DNA of 64,000 nt from Thermodesulfobacteriota bacterium (GTDB lineage: Bacteria > Desulfobacterota > Desulfarculia > JACQYL01): contig CAXXLZ010000002.1 of NCBI GenBank assembly GCA_963675595.2, positions 2,176,001-2,240,000 of the forward strand, read 5' to 3'. Made by a program: the position numbers and the translations under genes. This document shows positions 40,628-51,965 of the stretch, one piece after another; within the stretch, counting starts at the first letter, position 1; every line of letters begins with the position of its first letter. The notes beneath the pieces are model-generated. The model searched no databases. It saw only the letters and a list, made by a program, of their open reading frames with translations, and had not been told where the DNA came from.

Positions 40628-42953
40628 CTAATTGGACCACTCGACGGTCATCCGGTTGTTTATGCCCTTCACACCGTTTATGTCACTGGCGAGTTTGGTG
40701 ACCAGGTCCTTTTCTGCAGCGTTTTTGGCCTTGCCATATAACGTGACCACGCCTTCGGTCGTTTCGACTTTGGTGTTGTGGGCACTGGTCGAGCCATGGA
40801 ACAGCAGTGATAGCTTGACCTGGGCGGTGATGGAAGCGTCATCGATATCTTCGCCCACAGTTGTCCCTGCGGTTTTCGAGAGCTTTGACACTGTCATTTC
40901 ATTTTTTACGTCTTTGACTCCTTCAACTAGAGTTTAGAGCCATGCGGGGCAGCCAAGTTTGTATAGAAGAGCATAGTTCTCCAAGACGGGTTGAATACCG
41001 TTGACGTAAGGCTTTGAGATGATTGACTGAACACGGATATCAGGCAGCGCGCCCCAAGTCTTCCGGAGAATCGGTGAATTCCGGTTGGAATTTTTTGGAT
41101 TTCCGGTTCCACATGGCTCGCACGTTTAAGTTGCCGAAAAGACGACCGATGGCTGCGGCCATCCAGCCGGCGGTGGCGGGCCTGTTCTTTCTCCAAGGGA
41201 TTGGAAACATCGTATAGGCCGCGTTGGGACCCAGGCAGAGCGCCAAGAGCCGTGGCAAGCCGTAGGCCAGGCACAAGATCATGCTCCATCGAGCCAATGT
41301 CTGCCGTGTCTGCTGCCAAGCATTTTTCAGTCCGAACAGGTGCTTGATCTCGTTGAACATGGGCTCGGTCCACCATCGTCGTGCATAGCGTGTAATCACT
41401 TCCGCGCCGTCCATGTCGGGATCGGTACTGATCAGAAGATGCCAATCGGACCAAGAGGGGTTGTCGGACATAAACCGGCACCACACGATCTTGCACAACC
41501 GGCCGTCCAGGAAGCGGACTTTGGCTTTGGTTTGGTAGAACTGGAAAACTCGTTCCGAGCCGTAGGCAAAGAGGGTTTTCTCCACCGGACGACAGAATCG
41601 TCCGATGTTTTCCAACGTGAGTTTTTCCCCATACTTTCTGGGTCTGCCCCGTTTCTTCCGAGGCGGATTGTCCGGAGGCAAAAACAGGGCGGTATCTTTG
41701 CGGACTTGGCCGATGACCGTCACACCATCGCGAATCAGGGGAACCACCAGGGAGCTTTTCATATACCAGGCATCGAGCAGCAGAATAATGAGAAAGCGAT
41801 CCGGCAGCCAAGTCATGAGAACGGACATCAAGAGCCGCGCCGCGTCCAGTTTGGTGGTGTTCCCTTTTTTGCGGATGAGCCGAAACAAGAGGGGAAACGC
41901 GGCTACCCGGCCCTTGTGGCGGCAGATGACAGCCAGAGAAACCCGAAGCTGTCCCCACAGGAATTTGGGGCGGTTGGGCCGGTGCGCGTGATCGTAATGC
42001 CAACCGGCGCAGGGAGCTTTCTTGGACGATCTGGGCAAAGGGAAGTCGTCTATGGCGAACTCGATGGATCGGTTTGGAATCCGTTTCAGGATCAGGCGCA
42101 TCCATTGCCGGGCTAGCGCAAGCCATTGGAATCGGCCCTTTTCGATGGCCTTGTAATAGGCGGTCCAGGACAACTGGGGCCGAACGGCCAGAAGCGCGGA
42201 AGAAATATGGCCGCCGCGGCAGACCATACATCCCATCAGGAGTTCCAGAAGAGTCGGAGCTATTCTGCACGGAACGGCCTGAAATAGAAAGGAAATCCAC
42301 TGCGATAGGAGCATAAGTGCTTGAGCCGTCGAATCCATTGGTTGACCCCCAAGGAAAGGTTTCTTTCCTTAAAGGGCCGCCAAAGGCGGCCGCGCATCCG
42401 CGCGGCAATGTCAAGTACTTTGTTGTCTTTATTCGCATTTTTCCTATACCAAGGGTCGCCAGACTCTAAACTCTAGTCCTTCAACATCCTTGGCATATTC
42501 AGTCGCCAGTTCCTTTTGGGCCTCGCTGGCAGCCTCGCCTCGCAGGGTCACGATGCCGTCTTTGACCTCAACCTCGGTTGTGCCGGCGTTCACGCTGCGG
42601 CGGAACGAGAGGGAGGCTTTCACTTTCGTTCTGAGCCATGCGTCGGAGTTTGGGGTGGGGGGCACGCCTTTGAGTTCCAGCCTGTTGTCCACGCTTTCGA
42701 CCCCAGGCATGCCGGCTACGGTCTCAAAGGCCAAGGATTTATGGAATTCTTCGGAGACTGTACCCGTCAATGTGACATCGCCGTCCCTGGACTGAATTCT
42801 AATATCATCACCACTCAGGTAGGTCTTGAATACATACGACTTCCTGGCCGATGATTCGATGCGGTCATCCATTTCGGACGCGCACACAGGCATGCTGGTC
42901 ACCAACAGAGCGACTATCGCCACCATAAGGGCTACACTATATGTTGCTTTCAA
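40628..42953 (-). pseudogene. Triple-BON protein copy 2, split by an IS
   Basis: TTG start at 42953; removing the IS and one 8-bp TSD restores ..AKDVEGVKDVKNEMTV..; paralog of copy 1. Confidence 0.9.
40927..42476 (-). mobile_element. IS701-like element copy 2 (transposase 41040-42338)
   Basis: 1550 bp, same transposase sequence as copy 1; TSD TCCTTCAA (40919-40926 and 42477-42484). Confidence 0.93.
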
Positions 42954-42964
42954 TCTACTTCCTC

Positions 42965-44558
42965 CGGAATGTGTCAATGAAAATGAGACACCTGTTTTCA
43001 GAAATTAGACTCTCACGTCATCGCTCGACGGTTTGTTGATCCACGCGGCCTTGGGCAATTTTGGCGGCTGTGGCACCTTTCCTTTGAAACGGTTGGGGTT
43101 GCTCCGGAAGGCAGCCCGAAGAACTTGGCTGCGACACGCTACAATGTCCTGGGCGAGTCCGTAATGGAGCTGTTCGGGTGTGACCAACCCGATGCCTGAA
43201 TGCCGATGCTCGGGGTTGTACCAGGAGAAGAACTCCCGGCAGAAAGACCGGGCATCCTGGATTGATCCAAACCGTTTCGGGAATTTCGGGCAATACTTGA
43301 GGGTTTTAAACTGCGCCTCCGAGTAGGGGTTATCATTGCTGACATAGGGTCGGCTGTGGGTCTTGGTCACTCCAAGGTCTCCCATGAACTCGGCTACGGA
43401 CTTCGCTTTCATCGCCGGGCCTCGATCCGCATGGATGATGAGTTGGCCGGACTTGATATCCTGCTTGAAGCACGTCTCTTCGATGAGTTGCCTGGCCAAA
43501 GCGGCGCTTTCCCGATGGGCCACCATCCAGCCGACCACGTAGCGGCTGAAGATGTCCATGATCACGTAAAGATGGAAATAGGTCCACTTCACAGGCCCTT
43601 TTAGCTTCGTAATATCCCAGGACCACACTTTGTTGGGTCCGGTCGCAAGCAACTCGGGCTTTTTATAGACAGGCCGCCGCGCCTGCTTTCTTCGCTCTTT
43701 GACATCACCGGATTCCGCTTTGAGAATCCGGTACATGGTCCGGATAGAGCAGTAGTACTGTCCTTCATCGAGCAAGACGGCAAAGACCTGACGGGGAGCA
43801 TCATCCTGAAAACGGGAGCTGTTAAGCAGATCGACCACGGTTTCCCGCTCCTGGGGGTTCAGAGCCAAGGGAGGCGCCGGCCGAGGTGTGCGGGCCGCCG
43901 CCGGCTTCAGGCGGCGATAGAAACTCGCACGGGGCAGGCCCATGGCTCCACATGCCTGCACGGTTCCCACCTCGGTGCGCAGCTCCATCGCCGCGCTCAT
44001 GAACTGCTCCCGTCGTCGTCCAGGTCCGGCTGAGCGATCCCCAGTATCTCCGAGATTTTTTTTTGAACTTCGATGATGGTTCGCGCCTGTTTCAGTTGAT
44101 TCTCGAGACGGCGGTTCTCCCTTTCAAGCCGGGCCACCCGCTCTGCCATAGGGTTCTTCTGCTTGGGCTTCCGGCCTCGCTTCTTTGGCCCAAGCGCCCT
44201 CAACTGCCCCTGGTCACGTTGTCTACGCCATGTCGCCAGACTCGAAGAATACAGGCCTTCTCGCCGAAGTAGAGCCCCGAGCCGGCCCGGTTCAGTACAC
44301 GCATCGGCTTCCTCCAGGATTCTCAGCTTGTACCGGGCTGTAAATCTGCGACGAGGCTTCTTCTCTGGAACCTCCGGGTCGGGGACCGTGACGTGCTTCC
44401 CGATCGTGGTAACTCCGGTCGTCCTACGGACTCCCTCCGTTACCACGATTCCCTCATCCGGATTCTCTTTCTCTCTGTGCCTCATCATGCTCCATCTCCT
44501 ACCCGCCCTACACTAATTTATCAACGGGTAGGTGTCTCACTCTCATTGGCACAGAGGG
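42965..44558 (-). mobile_element. IS3-family element copy 2 (orfB 43005-44000, orfA 43997-44488)
   Basis: 1594 bp, same proteins as copy 1, same outer CGGAA/GAGGG ends; 2-bp TSD TC. Confidence 0.92.
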
Positions 44559-44620
44559 TCCTTGCTATTGGTACGTTTTGTCTTTGCCTTTCAGAGCTTT
44601 TCACACCGAATACCTTATGT

Positions 44621-44800
44621 CTACTTTCCCAGGACCTTCTCGATTTGGCCGATCTTTTTCTGAACTTCCCCGGTTATCTTTTCGTCTTTGCCTTCGGCTT
44701 CCAACCCTGGATTGTCACTTAGGTTCCCTGCGGCCTCCTTGATCTTACCTTTCATTTGGTGAAACGTGCCCTTCGCTTGATCCTTCGTGCTGGATTTCAT
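44621..44800 (-). CDS. csbD: CsbD-family stress protein, copy 2
   Basis: MKSSTKDQAKGTFHQMKGKIKEAAGNLSDNPGLEAEGKDEKITGEVQKKIGQIEKVLGK. Confidence 0.9.
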   Translation of the reverse strand: MKSSTKDQAKGTFHQMKGKIKEAAGNLSDNPGLEAEGKDEKITGEVQKKIGQIEKVLGK

Positions 44801-44953
44801 TGTATTAGTCCTCTCTGTAAATCTTCTGGTGAAATGTTTGTGTGCGAAAACTTTCCTACTGGGAGTGGGCTAAGGTTCGGAAAGATTTTGCTGTAGGGCT
44901 GCCGAGCACCTCCTTTTCAAATACCACACCTTCTCCGGCGAGGGCCCAAATTG

Positions 44954-45103
44954 CTACAATCCTCTTCGTCCCTGAATAAGTTGAACCACAATAACGATGA
45001 TGGCGACGACCAGCAGGATGTGAATAAACCCTCCCATCGTGTAATTGCTCACTAACCCCAGCAGCCACAGTACTGCCATTATCACAGCAATCGTCCAAAG
45101 CAT
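44954..45103 (-). CDS. lmo0937-family membrane protein, copy 2
   Basis: AAGGAG RBS; MLWTIAVIMAVLWLLGLVSNYTMGGFIHILLVVAIIVIVVQLIQGRRGL. Confidence 0.9.
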   Translation of the reverse strand: MLWTIAVIMAVLWLLGLVSNYTMGGFIHILLVVAIIVIVVQLIQGRRGL

Positions 45104-45239
45104 GTTCGACTCCTTTCTGACAACGTCAAAATCTTTGTTATTGTCAAATGTTTTGTGTAAAATTGCTGTTTGCCGGAATTCTAATGAACGGCAAGTTCGG
45201 CGCGACTTTTCCTATGGGCTTTGACCTCCACCTGAATCA

Positions 45240-45375
45240 GTGACCTGTTTACCAGCCCTTTCCTATCTCTGTTTTGGCCACTTTGAGTTCCAGTATGGGC
45301 GTATGCGCCCCGCCAATCTTTGTAATGTACACGACACCCGGTTCATCAACTATCGCTCGTGCTATCTTCTTTCAT
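45240..45375 (-). pseudogene. KH-domain (KhpA/UPF0109-like) pseudogene 1
   Basis: MKE, frameshift, then IARAIVDEPGVVYITKIGGAHTPILELKVAKTEIGK. Confidence 0.75.
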
Positions 45376-45482
45376 GGCGCAACCGTTCTCTTGGTTTGAT
45401 CTCAAATGGACGATAGCAATGACGGCGGCCGTGACCAATCCTCCAAGAGCCTTGGCGTTTTAGTTTGTCGTATTTTGAGATA

Positions 45483-45631
45483 TTCAAGCTTTATGCCAGA
45501 GCTGCAAAACTTAGCTTTTTGTTACGTATCATTCTGATTTATATAAAGAACCAGTTTTAGAAGCACCGGCAAGGCAATTACAGATAGGCGCAAAAACGAG
45601 GGTCATATTTGACCAGTGGCCATATATGACC
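45483..45631 (-). promoter_or_regulatory. Sigma54-type promoter with twin upstream palindromes (copy 1)
   Basis: TGGCATAAAGCTTGAA at 45483-45498; boxes GGTCATATTTGACC (45601-45614) and GGCCATATATGACC (45618-45631). Confidence 0.7.
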
Positions 45632-45808
45632 CTCGTTCAAGGGTCTTCGGTGTGGTATGGAGGCATGACGGAACAAAAATGGAAATGACTACCGAACGAT
45701 TTCCTGCCCTGCATTTTGATTGCGGTTGACAATTTAATAAGTGGAATGCTGCAATGGCTTTTGTTTAGCTATCAATCTTAATGTCGCTAATACTCGAGGT
45801 GGAAACCT

Positions 45809-47464
45809 CTACATGAAATATCGTGCCGTGCGAAGTACCTGGAATTCTTCTTTTTCCCCCTTTGATTTGTCGATAATGGCCCCTATTTCAACGAACCTGT
45901 GTCCTTCTTGAGCCGCAAACAAATCAGCCACACGCTTCCCCGTAACTTCTTCAGGGAACTCATACTCGTGGAATGCCCCCCGATAATTGGTCCATGTATA
46001 ATGAGAGTCTGAATGCCCAAAGAACGGAAGGAGACTTTTTGCATGGCCAAGAGAAAGAGACACAGCGCGGAGCAAATCATCCGGAAACTTGAAGACGCGG
46101 ACCGTCGTCTGACGGCAGGGCAGACGATAGCGCAGGTTTGCCAATCGCTGGAGGTGAGCGAGGCGACGTACCACCGGTGGCGAAACCAGTATGGGGGGAT
46201 GAAGGCTGAGGAGGCCAAACGGCTAAAAGAACTGGAAAAGGAAAATGCACGCTTAAAAAAGCTGGTCGCCGATCTGATGTTGGACAAGGCAATGCTGAAG
46301 GATCTTGCGGAGGGAAACTTCTAAGCCCGGCGCGTCGTAGGAAAGCGGTTGATTATGTTCGAAGTGAACATGCCGCTTCAGAGCGTCGGGCCTGCCGCGT
46401 AGCCGGTCAACACCGATCCACCCAACGTTATGAGCCGAAGGAACGGGACGATGAGGTGGAACTGATCAAGGCTCTTCACCGGTTGGTTGGAGAACATCCC
46501 CGTTTTGGATGCCGTAGGATCACTCGGCTGCTGCGTGATGCGGGGTGGGCGGTAAACTACAAGCGAATTCATAGACTTTGGAAAGAGGAGGGATTCAAGG
46601 TACCTCGAAAAGCCAAGAAGAAACGCTTCCTGGGAGTTGATGCCAATGCGTGCAACAAGCGTAAGGCGGCTTTTGCAAATGATGTCTGGACGTTGGATTT
46701 CATTCATGACCGCTTGGTCGACGGCCGTCAGTTCAAGTGCTTGGCCATTGTCGACGAGTTTACTCGGGAAAACCTGGCCCTGAGGATCAACCGCTCCATT
46801 ACGGGTGAAGACGTTTTGAACGAGCTGAGCCGATTGATGGGCGAGCGGGGAGTTCCAACGGGCATTCGATCGGATAACGGTCCCGAATTTATAGCCCAAA
46901 AGGTGAGAAATTGGCTGAAAGACCTGGGAGTGGGAACCTTTTTCGTCGAGCCGGGAGCCCCTTGGCAGAACGGGTACGTGGAAAGTTTCAACAGCCGTTT
47001 TCGGGATGAATTCTTGAACATGGAAATTTTCAACAACATCAAGGAAGCGCAGACTCTGGCCGCCAAATGGCGGAAAGTCTATAACGAGGAAAGACCGCAC
47101 AGTGCATTGAATTACATGACCCCGGCCCGGTTCGCGGCGAGCCCTTGGGGCCTCGACTCCGCCTCGCTCAGCTCGGCTTCGCCGTGGCCCCAAGGGCCGG
47201 GGATGGAAAACCGCGAGTCATGATAAAACTCTCATAACTCCTGGACCAAAAACTGGGGGCTTGACACTCGAACATCCTGTGGAAAGCAGGATTGACATAT
47301 TTGATACGCCCTTTTTTGTCCGTGATTAGAACCCCGCTTGCGGCACAGTTTAATGCGGCCCGGGCGGTATTCAATTCTTCCTCGACCCGCCTTCGCTCGC
47401 TGGATACTTTTTTTCCCGCCTTGACCTTCTTTCCCCGCTTTTCATGAGTTGATTTCCTATTCAT
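45809..47464 (-). pseudogene. PAS-domain protein interrupted by an IS
   Basis: GVLITDKKGRIKYVNPAFHRMFE joins YEFPEEVTGKRVADLF once the IS and one CTCG TSD are removed. Confidence 0.8.
45969..47266 (+). mobile_element. IS407-like element copy B (orfA 46043-46324, orfB ending at 47223)
   Basis: 1298 bp; TSD CTCG; G-GGA-AAC at 46312-46318; OrfB differs from copy A at two residues. Confidence 0.93.
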
Positions 47465-47552
47465 CAGAGAATCCTCCGGTCTTTTTGATCGGATCTTCCG
47501 CTTTTTCGATTAGGCCTTCTTTTTGGTATGAAATGGAGCGATAGCTAGCTTG

Positions 47553-49700
47553 CTAATCCTTCAAAGCCTGTTCCAAACTTTTGGAATAGAACTTTTCAAT
47601 GTATTGCTTGACCATCCGGCGAGCGGAGAATCCGGCTGCATTGCTTTTAATGGATTCCTTCATCAGCCGGACCCATTCGTGGGGAATGCTGCTTTCAAAC
47701 ATATTGTAATAAAGCGGTATGATCTCATCTTCCAGAATGCGGTAAATCTTTTCGGCATCGCTAGCATCCGGGTTCGCAGAGCTTCCGTCATGTTCCACAG
47801 CCCAACCGTTTTTCCCGTTGAAACCCTCCACCCACCAACCGTCTAGTAAGCTCAAGTGGGGAACACCGTTCAGTGCGGCTTTCATGCCACTCGTCCCGCA
47901 GGCCTCAAAAGGAGGCAGCGGGTTGTTCAGCCATATATCCACCCCATGCACCAGGTACTGCGCCAATTGTTCGCCGTAATCCTCCACAAAGGCAATTCTG
48001 CCTCCAAGCCGCGGATCGCGCGCCAGGGTGATCAGGTTCTGCAAAAGCCGTTTGCCGAGATCGTCCGCGGGGTGGGCTTTGCCGGCAAAGATGATCTGTA
48101 TGGGACGCCGGCGGTCATTGAGATGTTTTTTGAGGCGCTCCATATCCTGGAAGATCAACAGGGCTCTTTTGTAGGTGGCGAACCGGCGGGCAAAGCCTAA
48201 AGTAAGAACCGAGGGATCCAGAAAAGCGCCACCGGCAAGCATGATGGAGGGGCTGGTATCACCGTCGGTCCAGCGCCGGCGCACACGTTCCCGGATCGCA
48301 TCGATCAGTTTCACCTTGAGCCAGTAGTGCGTTTGCCACAACTCGGTGTCGGGAACATTGTCGAGAAGCTGCCAGGTGGCCGGATCGTCTTGCTTATCCA
48401 GCCAATCGGCTCCGAGGTGCTTGTCCAGCAGAAGCCCCATTTTCGGTTCGATCCAGGTGGGCACGTGGATGCCGTTGGTGACGTAATCGATGGGGACCTG
48501 ATCTTCCGGCACGCCGGGCCAGAGACTCCGCCACATCTGTCTCGAGACTTGAGCGTGCCGTTTGCTCACAGCGTTACGACAGCCGGATAACCTCAGCCCA
48601 AAAGCCGTCATGTTGAATCCTGCCTCCGGTTTTTCCGGATGGATTCCTAATTGGAAAAACGCGTCGCGATCAAGACCCAGGTCAGGCCAGTACGAATGAA
48701 AGTACTTCTCGATCAACTGAAAGGGGAAAACATCGTGACCCGCGGGAACGGGGGTGTGTGTTGTGAAGATAGTGGTATTGATATTTTTTTCGCGCGCGGC
48801 TGCAAAATCCTTGCCCGCTGATACCGTTCTCCTGATACGTTCCAAAAGAGCGAAGGCCGCATGGCCCTCGTTCAAGTGTAGGAGGTAATGATCTACCCCT
48901 AAAGTCTTGAGCACCTCTGCACCACCTAGCCCCAGGACGATTTCCTGGCGCAGGCGTTGCTCAAGATCGCCGACGTAGAGCCGGGCGGTGATGCCTCTGT
49001 TCCAGGGGTCGTTGATTTCGACATTCGTGTCCATTAGATAGAGGGAAATCCGTCCGACGGCGACCTTCCAAACCGCGACATAGATGGGGGGATCGGTCAG
49101 CGGCACCTTGACCACGAGCTGCCGACCGTCCTTGCCCGTCACTTTGGAAATAGGGGCGGCCTCGCGGTTGATGGACTCGATGAGATTCTCCTGCCACCCG
49201 TCATCTCGGATCTGTTGCCGGAGATAGCCCTCCGGATACATGAAACCAACAGCGACCAGCGGGAGGCATAAGTCGCTGCATTCTTTTATGTAATCTCCCG
49301 CCAAAAAGCCCAATCCGCCTGCATAGAAGGGTAAAGAGCGATGGAGACCGTATTCGGCGGAAAAGTAGGCCACGGCATACTTGTGATCCCGGGAAACAAC
49401 CCCCAACAGAGGGCATACTTTTTGTTCCATGTACTTATGGAACACATCCAGCACGGCATCATACCGACGCAGGTAGTCGGCATCGGCGGCGGCCTTTTCC
49501 AGAAGCTCGCGGGGAAACTCCCTGAGCATCTTGTCGGGGTTGTGACCGCTTTCCTTCCAGGCCTGCCGATCGAGTGCCTTGAAGAGCATTCGTGCGCCCG
49601 GATTCCAGCTCCACCATAGATTTTCCGCCAGCTCCTCCAATCCTTCAAGGCGCTCCGGCAAATGGGGAAACAGAGATTGTGCGGTATTCATTTCTTGCAT
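47553..49700 (-). CDS. glgP: Alpha-glucan (glycogen) phosphorylase
   Basis: NLWWSW, YAGGLGFLAGD, HLNEGH, FTTHTPVPAGHD, FARRFATYKR, EACGTSGMKAALNG. Confidence 0.94.
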   Translation of the reverse strand: MQEMNTAQSLFPHLPERLEGLEELAENLWWSWNPGARMLFKALDRQAWKESGHNPDKMLREFPRELLEKAAADADYLRRYDAVLDVFHKYMEQKVCPLLGVVSRDHKYAVAYFSAEYGLHRSLPFYAGGLGFLAGDYIKECSDLCLPLVAVGFMYPEGYLRQQIRDDGWQENLIESINREAAPISKVTGKDGRQLVVKVPLTDPPIYVAVWKVAVGRISLYLMDTNVEINDPWNRGITARLYVGDLEQRLRQEIVLGLGGAEVLKTLGVDHYLLHLNEGHAAFALLERIRRTVSAGKDFAAAREKNINTTIFTTHTPVPAGHDVFPFQLIEKYFHSYWPDLGLDRDAFFQLGIHPEKPEAGFNMTAFGLRLSGCRNAVSKRHAQVSRQMWRSLWPGVPEDQVPIDYVTNGIHVPTWIEPKMGLLLDKHLGADWLDKQDDPATWQLLDNVPDTELWQTHYWLKVKLIDAIRERVRRRWTDGDTSPSIMLAGGAFLDPSVLTLGFARRFATYKRALLIFQDMERLKKHLNDRRRPIQIIFAGKAHPADDLGKRLLQNLITLARDPRLGGRIAFVEDYGEQLAQYLVHGVDIWLNNPLPPFEACGTSGMKAALNGVPHLSLLDGWWVEGFNGKNGWAVEHDGSSANPDASDAEKIYRILEDEIIPLYYNMFESSIPHEWVRLMKESIKSNAAGFSARRMVKQYIEKFYSKSLEQALKD

Positions 49701-49703
49701 ATT

Positions 49704-51635
49704 TTATGTTTTCTCCGGTGATGAAGGTGTAATGTCGGGTCCGGATTCGGACAACATTTTTCTGAGCTCCTCTCCCTGTACACTTTCCTTCTCCGAAAGG
49801 AGATGGGCCAGATCATCAAGGGTCGTTCGCCGCCCCGAGAGGATTTTCAGCACCCGTTGATGGGCCTCCTCGACGAATCGGGCGACCTCCTCGTCAATTT
49901 CAGCGGCTTTGTCTTCGCTGTAGTTTTTTGGGGGAGCAAAACTTTCCGGGATGAACATAGGCTGAAGAGTGCGCTCATAAGCCACCAATCCCAGGCGATC
50001 GCTCATGCCGTATTCGGTGACCATGGATCGGGCAATGTCCGTGGCCCGCTGCAAGTCGTTTTGGGCGCCGGTTGAAATTTCTTTAAAAACCAGCTCCTCC
50101 GCCACCCTGCCGCCCAAAAGAACGGCCAGGCGATCGATCAACTCCGAGCGCGTCATTAAATAACGATCCTCGGTGGGCTGCTGTTGGGTATATCCGAGCG
50201 CCGCGATCCCACGGGGAATAATGGAAATTTTATGCACAGGGTCGGCATGCTCTACAGACTCGGCCACAATCGCGTGCCCGGACTCATGGAAGGCGACAAT
50301 TTCTTTCTCCAACGGATTCATCACCCGGTTCTTTTTCTGCAGACCCCCTACAACCCGGTCGATGGCCTCGTCGAACTCCTCCGTTCCCACCTCTTCTTTG
50401 TCTTTCCGGGCGGCCAACAAGGCGGCCTCATTGATGATGTTGGCCAAGTCGGCTCCCACAAAGCCCGGGGTGCGACCGGCGACCTTACGGAGATCAACCT
50501 CGGGAGCCAAAAGAACATTATGTGAATGGATTCTCAGGATGGCTTCTCGCCCGTTGATATCCGGGCGGTCCACCAGCACCTGTCGATCAAACCGTCCCGG
50601 GCGCAACAAGGCAGTATCCAGGATTTCCGGCCTGTTGGTGGCGGCCATGATTATGACTCCTTTATTCGCTTCGAATCCATCCATCTCCACCAGTAGCTGA
50701 TTGAGGGTTTGCTCCCGTTCATCATGCCCGCCCATGACATTCATTCCCCGGGCTTTCCCCAACGCATCCAGTTCATCGATGAAGATGATGCACGGGGCCT
50801 GTGCGGCGCCCTGGGCGAAAAGATCGCGCACGCGGGCTGCTCCAACCCCGACGAACATCTCCACAAACTCGGACCCGCTGATACTGAAGAAAGGGACCCT
50901 TGCCTCACCGGCCACAGCCCTGGCCAAAAGGGTTTTGCCGGTACCCGGAGGGCCGACCAGAAGCACCCCTTTGGGAATTCTCCCACCCAGTCTCTGGAAT
51001 TTCTCCGGATTACTCAAAAAGCCCACCACTTCCTCGAGCTCTTCTTTGGCCTCATCGATACCGGCCACATCGGCGAAAGTGACCTTGGTCTCACTTTCAG
51101 CAAATATCTTGGCCTTGCTCTTGCCAAAAGACATGACCCCCATCCCGGGCCCCATCTTTTTCATGGCGTATCGCCAGATCAGAAAGAAAACGCCGATGGG
51201 GATGATCCAGGAGAGAAGGCTGCTCAGGAATTTACTGTCATAGCGACCCGAGTAACCGACCTTGTGATCGTCCAGATCCTTCACCAGATCGGGATCATTC
51301 ACCCGAACCGTGGCGAACTCCTGATCCTGGCCCGGCTTTTCTCCTCTTCCTTTTACCGTTCCGTGGATGCTTTCCGGGCCGATGGTCAAATTACGCAAGG
51401 CGCCTTCAGCCAGGTATTGTTTAAATTGGCTGTAGGGAATCGTCTCCACTCTTCCAGAAGAAAGGTATTGCTGAACATAGCCAAATAGAAGAATGGCCAT
51501 TAGGAAATACCAGATGCTGAAATGAGCCTTGGGTGGCAAGGCATCCTTCTTTTTCTGGGGATTCTTTGGAGTGAAGATTGAACGAAACTTATCTTTCAAG
51601 ATTTCCAATGGTTCTTTTCTGTCATCGGACGGCAT
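49704..51635 (-). CDS. ftsH: ATP-dependent zinc metalloprotease FtsH
   Basis: Two TM segments, [14 protein letters not shown], second region of homology, HESGH zinc motif. Confidence 0.96.
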   Translation of the reverse strand: MPSDDRKEPLEILKDKFRSIFTPKNPQKKKDALPPKAHFSIWYFLMAILLFGYVQQYLSSGRVETIPYSQFKQYLAEGALRNLTIGPESIHGTVKGRGEKPGQDQEFATVRVNDPDLVKDLDDHKVGYSGRYDSKFLSSLLSWIIPIGVFFLIWRYAMKKMGPGMGVMSFGKSKAKIFAESETKVTFADVAGIDEAKEELEEVVGFLSNPEKFQRLGGRIPKGVLLVGPPGTGKTLLARAVAGEARVPFFSISGSEFVEMFVGVGAARVRDLFAQGAAQAPCIIFIDELDALGKARGMNVMGGHDEREQTLNQLLVEMDGFEANKGVIIMAATNRPEILDTALLRPGRFDRQVLVDRPDINGREAILRIHSHNVLLAPEVDLRKVAGRTPGFVGADLANIINEAALLAARKDKEEVGTEEFDEAIDRVVGGLQKKNRVMNPLEKEIVAFHESGHAIVAESVEHADPVHKISIIPRGIAALGYTQQQPTEDRYLMTRSELIDRLAVLLGGRVAEELVFKEISTGAQNDLQRATDIARSMVTEYGMSDRLGLVAYERTLQPMFIPESFAPPKNYSEDKAAEIDEEVARFVEEAHQRVLKILSGRRTTLDDLAHLLSEKESVQGEELRKMLSESGPDITPSSPEKT

Positions 51636-51965
51636 ATTCCGCCTCCTCGAGCTTAAAGATCTCTCTCCGAAGTCCCGCATAAACGGGAAGTTCAGGTCGC
51701 CTTAGTTTTGCTTCGCCGATACATCGGAAGTCTTGCCCCCCATTGTCCAAAAGCAATTTCGTTCAACCTTTCCTTGAATTGCATTCGTATTCCTGCCGGC
51801 CTCGCGAAGAGGTTTGGCAGTGGCTACGGCACGGGGTAACCGCTTGTTGCGGCAACGAGTAGATGAGCGACAAATGTGCATCGAACCCTATATCTACGAT
51901 ACCGGCCCGCGCCGAAATTCGATAAACCCGGTCTGTTTTTCATGGTTGCTCCCTTTGATCCGCTT

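Noticed and set aside
23914-47266. Past inversion or composite-transposon insertion via the paired ISs
   Set aside because: Every copy retains its own matching TSD, indicating independent simple insertions.
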